From Gammaproteobacteria bacterium (GTDB taxonomy: Bacteria; Pseudomonadota; Gammaproteobacteria; GCA-001735895), in NCBI GenBank assembly GCA_050298595.1, contig JBNKUM010000099.1:1-15116 (forward strand): 15,116 nucleotides of DNA, written 5' to 3'. Positions 8,084-15,116 of the stretch are shown here, one piece after another. The stretch's first letter is position 1, and the number at the start of each line of letters is the position of its first letter. The notes beneath the pieces are model-generated. The model was not told the DNA's origin. It saw only the letters and a program-made list of their open reading frames with translations, and searched no databases. Both the position numbers and the translations under genes were made by a program.

Positions 8084-9466
8084 TTACTCGCTGTTTTTTA
8101 GACGAGCCAGTTTCACATCTTTATCAGTGTATGGATTATTCATACCATACAGAGAATACGCACCAAAGCGCATTTGATGTGCTCTACCCAGTTTTAGCTT
8201 ATTGAAATCAATCTCAAACTGTTTCTCCAGTTTGTTACCGTTCCAGCTATAGGCCTTGAAGTACTGTTCATTATCGTCGCCTTTCTTATCCCAGTTTGCC
8301 AGTAATGATGAGGTGTAATACTCACGCTTACCATCCCAGCTGGATGAGACCATGTTCACCTGACGACCTATCACCGTCTCATAGGTTTGTTTAGGGTTAT
8401 CAACATCGCTGATATCAAAGTAACGTGATTTACCATCCATAAAGGTATTAACCCATAACCCGCTATCATCCGATGTGATCGAAATATCCACCGGTAACGG
8501 TATTTTGGATGGATCACCAATATCGGCGATTGCCTTTGCCTGCCATTCCCCGGTGATATCCTGTTCGATCTTCCAGATCTTGGAGGTCAATGCGGTAGTA
8601 GTCAGACACCAGTTATGTTCCGGTTTCCAGGCACAGCGAACTTCCAGTGGTGCTCCTGGGACATCCAGTACCTTTTTAGGCTTTTTGGTATGCAAATTCC
8701 ATACGGTTACCGTATTACCAAAGCGTTTCATCGCTTCTGGATCAGATAGCATCTTGCCGAAATCCATCATGTAATTACTCCAACCGGTAAAGGATGAAGA
8801 CACCATGACATTTTTACGCGGTAATACACGCACGTCATAACCATAGCCATCTGCGAATTTGCCGCCTTTTTTCGCTCCATTCATTTCCTGATCTGTTGGC
8901 ATCCAGTGAGTCGCAACAAAATCACCGGCGTTGTTGTATTCAACCAATGCCGTACGACCACCATGATCTCGATTATTGGAAAGACCTGTAATCATCATCC
9001 GTCCAGGCAATGCATAGGTGGTATGCGGCCCTACTACTCCGCCACTGTCAGATACAAAGCTATCAATAACCTTGTGCAGGCTGGGTTTTGCCGGATTGCT
9101 ATGCACATCGAAGATGAAGATCTTGTTAGTATCCAGGCCCCCCGCCCATAGATATTTACGATCATCGGTAAAACCAGAGTGGTGTGCTTCATTACGTCCA
9201 CCTACAGATAAGGTATTTGTAATTGTTCCATAATTGCTAGAGTTCGGGTTAACGTCGATAGTTACCAGTTTATCCTGACCGTCTCCCAGTCCCTCAACGC
9301 CTAGAGTCCATACATAAACAAAGTCTTCCTGACCCTCTATTTTGGCCATATACGGCGATTGACAGGTTTCATCGGCGTAACTGCTTGTTAAAGGAAATGC
9401 GACTGAAAAAACCGACAAAGCCATACCGCAGGCTAAGAGTGGTTTCTTTAAGGTATTTAAAATCAT
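8084..9466 (-). CDS. mtoX: Methanethiol oxidase (SBP56/selenium-binding protein family), periplasmic
   Basis: Signal peptide followed by DETCQSPYM; EAHH (H95/H96), GPH (H148), FTGW (W229), LLANWD (W392), RAHQM (H430); GAGGAG RBS. SCO and MauG genes follow, which is the known mto gene context. Confidence 0.9.
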   Translation of the reverse strand: MILNTLKKPLLACGMALSVFSVAFPLTSSYADETCQSPYMAKIEGQEDFVYVWTLGVEGLGDGQDKLVTIDVNPNSSNYGTITNTLSVGGRNEAHHSGFTDDRKYLWAGGLDTNKIFIFDVHSNPAKPSLHKVIDSFVSDSGGVVGPHTTYALPGRMMITGLSNNRDHGGRTALVEYNNAGDFVATHWMPTDQEMNGAKKGGKFADGYGYDVRVLPRKNVMVSSSFTGWSNYMMDFGKMLSDPEAMKRFGNTVTVWNLHTKKPKKVLDVPGAPLEVRCAWKPEHNWCLTTTALTSKIWKIEQDITGEWQAKAIADIGDPSKIPLPVDISITSDDSGLWVNTFMDGKSRYFDISDVDNPKQTYETVIGRQVNMVSSSWDGKREYYTSSLLANWDKKGDDNEQYFKAYSWNGNKLEKQFEIDFNKLKLGRAHQMRFGAYSLYGMNNPYTDKDVKLARLKNSE

Positions 9467-9522
9467 TTTTCACTCCTCAATTTTATGGTTTTAAGTATTT
9501 ATTGTTTTTCTGTTTCGCCACT

Positions 9523-9551
9523 AAAATAGAACGAATGTTCATTCTTGTCAA
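9523..9551 (-). promoter_or_regulatory. Sigma70-type promoter of mtoX with a palindromic operator in the spacer
   Basis: Minus strand TTGACA (9551-9546), 17 nt, TATTTT (9528-9523). Imperfect palindrome AGAACGAATGTTCATTCT at 9528-9545 (14/18 symmetric). Confidence 0.7.
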
Positions 9552-9696
9552 TAATTAATCTATGTTGTTAAAAAATGATGAAATATTAGGGAGAATAAAG
9601 TCTAAATACGAACCTATTCACAAGGGAAAAATCGACGCCTCGGATTGATCAATTGACCTAACCTTATCCTGAATAAAAAGTCGACGTGTTGTATTG

Positions 9697-10206
9697 CTAT
9701 TTTATAAGGTATTTTACTTTTTCCAGTAATTCTTCATTATCCCATTCACGTTCCCCCACTGCCCGATAGTGAATGTTGCCATCAGGGCTGACCACAAAAG
9801 TGGTGGGCAGGCCACTAATAGGCCACGTTTGTATGCTGCTGACGTTTTTATCTAGAAGTACCTGAAAGTCGATGGGATAGTCTTGCATAAAACGTTTAAT
9901 GGTCTCTTCATCTTCACCGATGTTAACGGCAATCATTGCGATCTCGCCCTTAACTTTTTTCCAACCACGGTTCATCGACGGTAATTCAGCCCGGCAAGGG
10001 GGGCACCAGGTCGCCCAGAAATTTATGATAATTGGTTTACCATGATAATCCTGCAGACGATGAATATTTCCATCTAAATCTGGCAACTGAAAGTCTGCTG
10101 CTGGCGGTTGTTTAACCATCAGGCTGAGTTGACTATCTGCTATTGCCAGTTGAATGATCAGGCATGATAACAGTAGCAGCAGATAGTGGCTTAGTCGATG
10201 ATTCAT
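9697..10206 (-). CDS. TlpA/ResA-like periplasmic thiol-disulfide oxidoreductase
   Basis: Signal peptide, AADFQLPDLDG, INFWATWCPPCRAELPSM, GLPTTFVV, GEREW. Confidence 0.93.
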   Translation of the reverse strand: MNHRLSHYLLLLLSCLIIQLAIADSQLSLMVKQPPAADFQLPDLDGNIHRLQDYHGKPIIINFWATWCPPCRAELPSMNRGWKKVKGEIAMIAVNIGEDEETIKRFMQDYPIDFQVLLDKNVSSIQTWPISGLPTTFVVSPDGNIHYRAVGEREWDNEELLEKVKYLIK

Positions 10207-10405
10207 AGGTGCTCAACTGAGTTATTATGAGAGATGGTCACGCATACCACGCAGTACGATAACAGTATAACCCACTATACCCACCACCTATTAATTGTCG
10301 ATTACGGGAGCACCGCTGAGGCCGAAATTTTCGGAATTTTGCGGACAGTTTACTTAACTCCCTTCGAAACTCAATGACTACTAATGGCACAGCCTGTAAT
10401 TATTA

Positions 10406-10582
10406 GGGGCAGGTTCAAATGGTATTGACTTAACCCCAACACTTAAACGAATTCGTCATTGCGAGGAGCTTGCGACGTGGCAATCTCTTTCGGCAGATGG
10501 TCTCAGCACTGTTTAGAGATCGCCGCGCTAGCGCTCGCGAAGACAGTTTTCTGCTTAAGTAAGTGCCATTCGTATCTGCCCC
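10406..10582. mobile_element. MITE-like 177-bp element with 28-bp imperfect terminal inverted repeats enclosing a REP-like hairpin pair
   Basis: Left end GGGGCAGGTTCAAATGGTATTGACTTAA; right end (reverse complement) GGGGCAGATACGAATGGCACTTACTTAA. Inside, GTCATTGCGAG...GTGGCAATCTC pairs with GAGATCGCCGC...CTCGCGAAGAC. Confidence 0.65.
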
Positions 10583-10652
10583 GAATGGCACATACTTAAG
10601 CTCATAACTAAAAGAATTCGTCATTGCGAGGAGCTTGCGACGTGGCAATCTC
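10583..10652 (+). repeat. Truncated second copy of the MITE-like element
   Basis: GAATGGCACATACTTAAG, then 39 bp (10614-10652) identical to 10449-10487. Confidence 0.85.
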
Positions 10653-10807
10653 AATGACATGACGTCACTTTTAGAAAATTTAATCCCTCCGTCCCCTTTT
10701 ACTCTAAAGGCTTGTTACCCCAGGAGGAAGCGGCCGAAAGTGACAATTAAAACTTGAAAATGTATGAGCTTCACAAAATGTACGAAAAAACGGATCTGGC
10801 CACCTCC

Positions 10808-11953
10808 CTATTTCCAGATTGAATTCCGGTAGACAGTCGGTACACCAAAGAGAAATCCCATATCGGCTCTTTCACTCCTGTGACATGCGCCGCACTCATC
10901 CAGGCGACCTTCCTGCGATTTACCATTGCTGCTTTTTACCGTGCCATTGACATTGAACACTCCGTAGTAGTAGTCACCGCCAGGAGGAAAGTATCCCTTC
11001 GGGCCCTTGATCATAAGGGTGTAAGCATTCAACAAGCCATCCTTGTCTCTCACTTCCCGCACAATGACGGTATCTTCCGGCAAGTTATTGGGGGCCTTGC
11101 TGTCATCAAATGGGTAGGCCTTAAGATAATTCCGCGTGCCCACTTTGGAAATATAGATGTCCAAAAAGTTTTTGTTACTGAGCTCGGATGGATAAGGAAA
11201 AAAATTAATCCTGTCGAACAATGAACTATCGAGATGACTCCTGTTTTCCAGTACATCTCTGGCCAGATTGGCCAACCGGGTGTCAACACTCACGCCATTC
11301 TTTTTTATCTTCTCGGGAACGCCAAAAAGGAAGCCATCCTGTGATCTCGATTCATGACAAACAACGCACTCGTCCAGCTTCCCACCCTTTAACACAGTGC
11401 CGTCGTGACTCATTACGACATAGGCAAAATCCCCACCTTCAGGATAGTATCCCGGCTCCATCTTGATCATAGCGGTGTATTTATCCAGTTCATTCTGTTT
11501 GTTCCAGACTTCGCGAATAATGATACTGCCTTTATCCACTTCCTTTTTACTGCCCTCAAAATCCGGATCAATAAAGAAAAAACTTTTCGCGTTAGGCGAA
11601 TCAATGTAAACATCGATATCAGTGTCCGGAGAAAGAGCGGAAGCGTAGGGCTTACCCTGGTTAACCTTGGTGTAGTCACCATGCAAATGTTCGTGTGTCT
11701 GCATTGTCGTAAACAGTTTGGCAACATACAACTGGCAATTGGAACTGGACTGATCATCATCCTTGCATATACTTTCAATGCAAAATTGTGAAGATTGGCA
11801 ATGGCTCGTGTTGCCTGAATCGTTGTTTGGTGAATCTAACTCATTGTTGTCTACCTTACCATCTGGGGCACAGCTACTTAATACGAAAATCAGAAGAAGA
11901 ACCACACTTGAGAATAGCAAGCGGGGCTGTGACTGTTGACTACGATAAATCAT
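10808..11953 (-). CDS. Lipoprotein with two cytochrome P460/c'-beta-like heme c domains
   Basis: Lipobox LSSC. Two internal repeats: GSIIIREV...YTAMIKMEPGYYPEGGDFAY...LDECVVCH...GFLFGVP and DTVIVREV...YTLMIKGPKGYFPPGGDYYY...LDECGACH...GFLFGVP. Each has CxxCH near the domain C-terminus, as in the P460 fold. Confidence 0.75.
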   Translation of the reverse strand: MIYRSQQSQPRLLFSSVVLLLIFVLSSCAPDGKVDNNELDSPNNDSGNTSHCQSSQFCIESICKDDDQSSSNCQLYVAKLFTTMQTHEHLHGDYTKVNQGKPYASALSPDTDIDVYIDSPNAKSFFFIDPDFEGSKKEVDKGSIIIREVWNKQNELDKYTAMIKMEPGYYPEGGDFAYVVMSHDGTVLKGGKLDECVVCHESRSQDGFLFGVPEKIKKNGVSVDTRLANLARDVLENRSHLDSSLFDRINFFPYPSELSNKNFLDIYISKVGTRNYLKAYPFDDSKAPNNLPEDTVIVREVRDKDGLLNAYTLMIKGPKGYFPPGGDYYYGVFNVNGTVKSSNGKSQEGRLDECGACHRSERADMGFLFGVPTVYRNSIWK

Positions 11954-13080
11954 TTGAAGACTCCATCTGGTATTGCGCTTAAACTGACCTGATCACAGTA
12001 ATCACGCAGAACAATAAATTTAAAAAGTAGCCCCTTACCAAAAGTACTTTCAGGATTCTAATTCCTGGTTTGTGAGGCGCTATCACTTTATTCGAAAAGT
12101 TGCCTAAAGAAACTAACGCTAAATCCTATACGGCCAATTCCCTCAATTCAAGTAGCAATACCCTTAATTCAAGCAGGGTTATATGGATCGAAATTTATCG
12201 AAATCGGAACCTGTTTGATAATAAACACACTTATTTGAGTCTGCCCCCAAAATAAAATACTCGACTAATTATTTATTTCGATAGGTTCTTTTATACCCAT
12301 CAATTCATCTCTAATATCAACTCAAATTTATTTTTTTAAAACGCATCATTCAGTCAGTCCCCTTTTATAAAAACCTGACCCACCGCTATTGATCAACTGT
12401 GAAACCGAGACTGATTTATGCCGATAAAACAGCTTTAACCCAACATTCAGAGCAGGAAGGTCTTTACATCAAGCGCAGTAATCAAATACTTTGCATTTAA
12501 ATTACCAATACATTTTTTCACTAACACAACCTGCAGGCGTAATAACTAAAAATATATTTGTGACTTTTCACACAAACCTTAAGGAGGGCTTTTTGCGCAG
12601 GCGACCATTAAAAACCAGGTCGGATAATCACTTTTTAAAGAAATTTTGTGTGCCCTCTATAATGAGAGCTCGAAGCCCGGCTGAAGTTTACCTGTAGTCA
12701 AGGGGGGGTTAAGGCACGTCAAATCACGCTTTATCAGGACCGACATAGCATGACAATTTTTCAAAAAAAAAGCTTCAAATCATGCATTGTATAAATCACT
12801 TCAACTCAGACCCCTTAAAAAATATTTCATCGCTATCACAGAATTATAAATACCATCCATTTCTACTTTAAAGTCACCCAGCAAAACCATACTGAGAAAT
12901 ATTCTGTGACATACTTGACAGTTTTTTTTGTTTTTATTACCCCAATTAATACTACGTGATAATCCATCAAAGGGTCTTTTGTTACATTTGACACACACCC
13001 CCAAAAAAAAACATGAATATATATAGGGTCAAAATATATCTAAAGTCAGAGACACGTTATATTTAATTTGGATCTGACCC

Positions 13081-13200
13081 GTCCGCAGTAGGAGTGCCGG
13101 TTACCCGGCGCCCCCTGCACAGTCCCGGACGTGCGGTTTTCCCGCATCCGGTTCCTCGGTTGTACTCGCTATCGCGCAAGTCTGGCCCTTATGCCGTAAA
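13081..13200 (-). mobile_element. 3'-terminal fragment of a group II intron (domains V and VI)
   Basis: Minus strand GAACCGGATGCG-GGAAAA-CCGCACGTCCGGGAC (DV), then GCAGGGGGCGCCGG-GTAA-CCGGCACTCCT-A-CTGC (DVI, bulged A at 13089), ending GGAC. Preceded by TTT ACG GCA TAA, possibly the end of the RT ORF. No RT gene or 5' domains present. Confidence 0.88.
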
Positions 13201-13225
13201 GGGGACGTATGCCGTAAAGGGGACG
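13190..13225 (+). repeat. Perfect 18-bp tandem duplication
   Basis: TATGCCGTAAAGGGGACG at 13190-13207 and 13208-13225. Confidence 0.95.
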
Positions 13226-13371
13226 GGTGATTAAATTTTAACCAGAACCACTGGTTGTCCGTTTCGGGTCGACACCAGCAAAATCAGCTAAAACAAATAA
13301 TGTCTTCAATGACTTTGAGCGCAAGGTCTGGCCTGATATTTGACCGCCAAGGAATCATAGAACCCAAATCC

Positions 13372-13402
13372 AAGATCAATAAAGATCAATAGAAGATCAA
13401 TA
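13372..13402 (+). repeat. Three tandem copies of AAGATCAATA
   Basis: Copies at 13372-13381, 13382-13391 and 13393-13402, directly before GGGTCAGACT. Confidence 0.9.
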
Positions 13403-13412
13403 GGGTCAGACT

Positions 13413-14686
13413 CATTGCTGTCCCAGTTAGCCGTCAATAAAAAGGCTTAAACCTCAGTCAGTTGTTACAATGAAAGTGCAAACAAACATAGTAATAACAA
13501 GAGGATTTAAGCCTTGCCACATCATAACACTGTGTTCTCTCAACTACTAAAGCTGCTTCCTAGACATGAATTTTCATCACTTGCAAAAAAGCATGATGGG
13601 CAACGTCGAAGTGACGCTATGACTCGTTGGACTCAATTTATTGCGATGGCGACAGCCCAGTTAACCGGACGTTCCAGTCTTCGTGATATCGAGGCAACAT
13701 TGGCGAGCCAGAAGCATCTGAAATATCACCTGGGCAGTGGTGTTATCAAGAGGGCAACCTTGGGTCGTGCCAACCAGGAATTAACGTCATGCTTTTTTGA
13801 AGACCTCTTTGGGAAGTTATACGCAGGCTGTCAAAATGGATCGCCGACCCATTCATTTCGCTTTAAGAAAAAACTCTTTTCATTAGATGCATCCTTGCTG
13901 GATGTGTCATTAAAAGTCTTTCCACAGGCTGAATATAATAAAATGAAAGGCGCCTATAAACTGCATATAGGACTTGATCATGACGGTTTAATTCCGGCTT
14001 TTGCGGCGGTTACTCTGGGTCAAGTGAGTGATCAAACACAGGCTCGACTGATGAGTTTCCCAGAAGGAAGTGTGCTGGTTTTTGATAAGGGTTATGCCGA
14101 CTACAAATGGCATAACCAATTGACGAGGCAAGGAATATTCTGGGTGACCCGGATACGTAGCAATGCGAAATACCGGGTAGTACAACGCAAAGCAGTTAAT
14201 AAGGCTCAAGGTATTACCAGCGACCAGATCATTGAATACACCTCTGATCGCTCCCGAAAAAACAACTTAAGGCCCGTCAGGCGAGTCGGATTTTATGACG
14301 CGGCGATGAACAAACATTATGTCTTTATTACCAATCATCTTGAATGGTCAGCCAAAACCATTGCTGATATTTACAAGCAACGCTGGCAGGTCGAATTATT
14401 TTTTAAATGGATAAAGCAAAACCTGAAAATAAAAGCGTTTATGGGTAACACCGACAATGCCGTGATGACCCAAGTCTGGGTAGCGCTCTGTGTTTATCTA
14501 ATACTGACTTACCTTAAGTTTCAAGCTAAGTTAGGGCAAAGCCTTCAGCAAATAAGCCGACTGATTCATCTTAATTTATTTACCCGACGAGACTTGATTG
14601 AACTATTTAAACCTCCACCGGACCAGGAAAGGCCATCTCCCCAGTTGAGATTGATTTGATGAATAAAAATAACTGGGACAGCAGTG
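13413..14686 (+). mobile_element. IS4-family insertion sequence, 1274 bp, apparently intact
   Basis: IRL CATTGCTGTCCCAGTTA (13413-13429); IRR TAACTGGGACAGCAGTG (14670-14686), 16/17 match. 9-bp direct repeats GGTCAGACT at 13404-13412 and 14687-14695. Confidence 0.95.
13514..14659 (+). CDS. IS4-family DDE transposase (DUF4372-like N-terminus)
   Basis: SLDAS and VFDKGY Asp motifs; YKQRWQVELFFKWIKQ (YREK signature); GAGGA RBS before the TTG start. Confidence 0.95.
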   Translation: MPHHNTVFSQLLKLLPRHEFSSLAKKHDGQRRSDAMTRWTQFIAMATAQLTGRSSLRDIEATLASQKHLKYHLGSGVIKRATLGRANQELTSCFFEDLFGKLYAGCQNGSPTHSFRFKKKLFSLDASLLDVSLKVFPQAEYNKMKGAYKLHIGLDHDGLIPAFAAVTLGQVSDQTQARLMSFPEGSVLVFDKGYADYKWHNQLTRQGIFWVTRIRSNAKYRVVQRKAVNKAQGITSDQIIEYTSDRSRKNNLRPVRRVGFYDAAMNKHYVFITNHLEWSAKTIADIYKQRWQVELFFKWIKQNLKIKAFMGNTDNAVMTQVWVALCVYLILTYLKFQAKLGQSLQQISRLIHLNLFTRRDLIELFKPPPDQERPSPQLRLI

Positions 14687-14688
14687 GG

Positions 14689-14910
14689 TCAGACTCGATC
14701 GATTTTATTTTTGTTCTTAAAGAACACTGATTTACGATCCCCACCCCTGTCCGTTGGACGAACAGGGCGATTGATACTTGATGCGATTTTGTCTTTGAAA
14801 TAGCTACTCCCTAGAACCCAGGACTTATTCGTTGCCTCTCGTATCTCACTGAGCGTTTTATCACTTATATGGCCGCGAAACAGACTACGATAAGATGACT
14901 GGCGTTCCTC
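14689..14910 (-). pseudogene. C-terminal fragment of a RAYT-like Y1 transposase
   Basis: Start-less open frame EERQSSYRSLFRGHISDKTLSEIREATNKSWVLGSSYFKDKIASSINRPVRPTDRGGDRKSVFFKNKNKIDRV*. The stop TGA lies inside the GTCTGACC end motif. Confidence 0.75.
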
Positions 14911-14920
14911 GAAATAAATC

Positions 14921-15021
14921 GGGGTCAGTTCAGAATGGCACTTACTTAAGCAGAAAACTGTCTTCGCGAGCGTTAGCGCGGCGATCTCTAACTTTGCAGA
15001 AACCCCACTGACGAAGGGATT
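14921..15021 (-). repeat. Inverted partial copy of the 10406-10582 element
   Basis: 14933-14991 is the reverse complement of 10513-10571 at 58/59. Begins GGGGTCAGTTCAGAATGGCAC; weaker similarity continues to about 15021. Confidence 0.88.
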
Positions 15022-15076
15022 AGATCCCTTGCTTCCGTATACGCTACATCCTGTAGCACTCCTGCCACGTCGAAAG

Positions 15077-15116
15077 CTCGGCTCTGGCTCCTCGGCTCTA
15101 GCATCCTGCTTCGCTC
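15077..15116 (-). repeat. Partial REP-like units related to 3872-3923
   Basis: CTCGGCTCTGGC (15077-15088) and CTCGGCTCTAGCATCCTGCTTCG (15091-15113) are reverse complements of the GCCAGAGCCGAG / CGAAGTAGGATGCCAGAGCCGAG end of that unit. Cut off by the window edge. Confidence 0.7.

Noticed and set aside
10449-10652. 39-bp direct repeats as a CRISPR array
   Set aside because: Only two copies, a 126-nt repeat-derived spacer and no cas genes.
10430-10660. 76-aa ORF with a repeated RLPRRKLLAMTNSF peptide
   Set aside because: It is simply the translation of the 39-bp DNA repeat.
12491-13004. Short ORFs 12491-12697 and 12801-13004
   Set aside because: Non-ATG starts, homopolymer-rich sequence and no family signal.
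490-14209. Remaining short antisense or alternate-frame ORFs in the track (e.g. 490-891, 3150-3344, 7516-7821, 8475-8774, 10880-11224, 11405-11791, 13988-14209)
   Set aside because: They overlap well-supported genes and show no motifs; shadow ORFs.
1-15116. tRNA or rRNA genes
   Set aside because: None recognised; the GC-rich structured stretches are explained by repeats and the intron remnant.

Overview
AT-rich bacterial window (probably a marine gammaproteobacterium; inferred) with two layers. (1) An intact minus-strand methanethiol oxidase-type locus: mtoX (SBP56 family), an SCO-MauG fusion, a second SCO protein and a ChrR-like bicupin. It is preceded by a sigma70-type promoter whose spacer holds a palindromic operator. 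Upstream lie a TlpA thioredoxin and an unusual lipoprotein with two cytochrome P460/c'-beta-like heme domains. (2) Decayed mobile DNA on both sides: an integron integrase pseudogene, small cassette-like ORFs (including a frameshifted cyclic-phosphate receiver gene missing from the ORF track), three fragments of Y1/HUH (RAYT-like) transposases, a group II intron 3' end, MITE/REP-like repeats and an intact IS4 with a 9-bp target duplication. Many junctions in this mosaic sit at short GGG(G)WCAG/GGACACCC motifs, often next to tiny tandem duplications. All family assignments come from motif recognition by eye; no searches were run.
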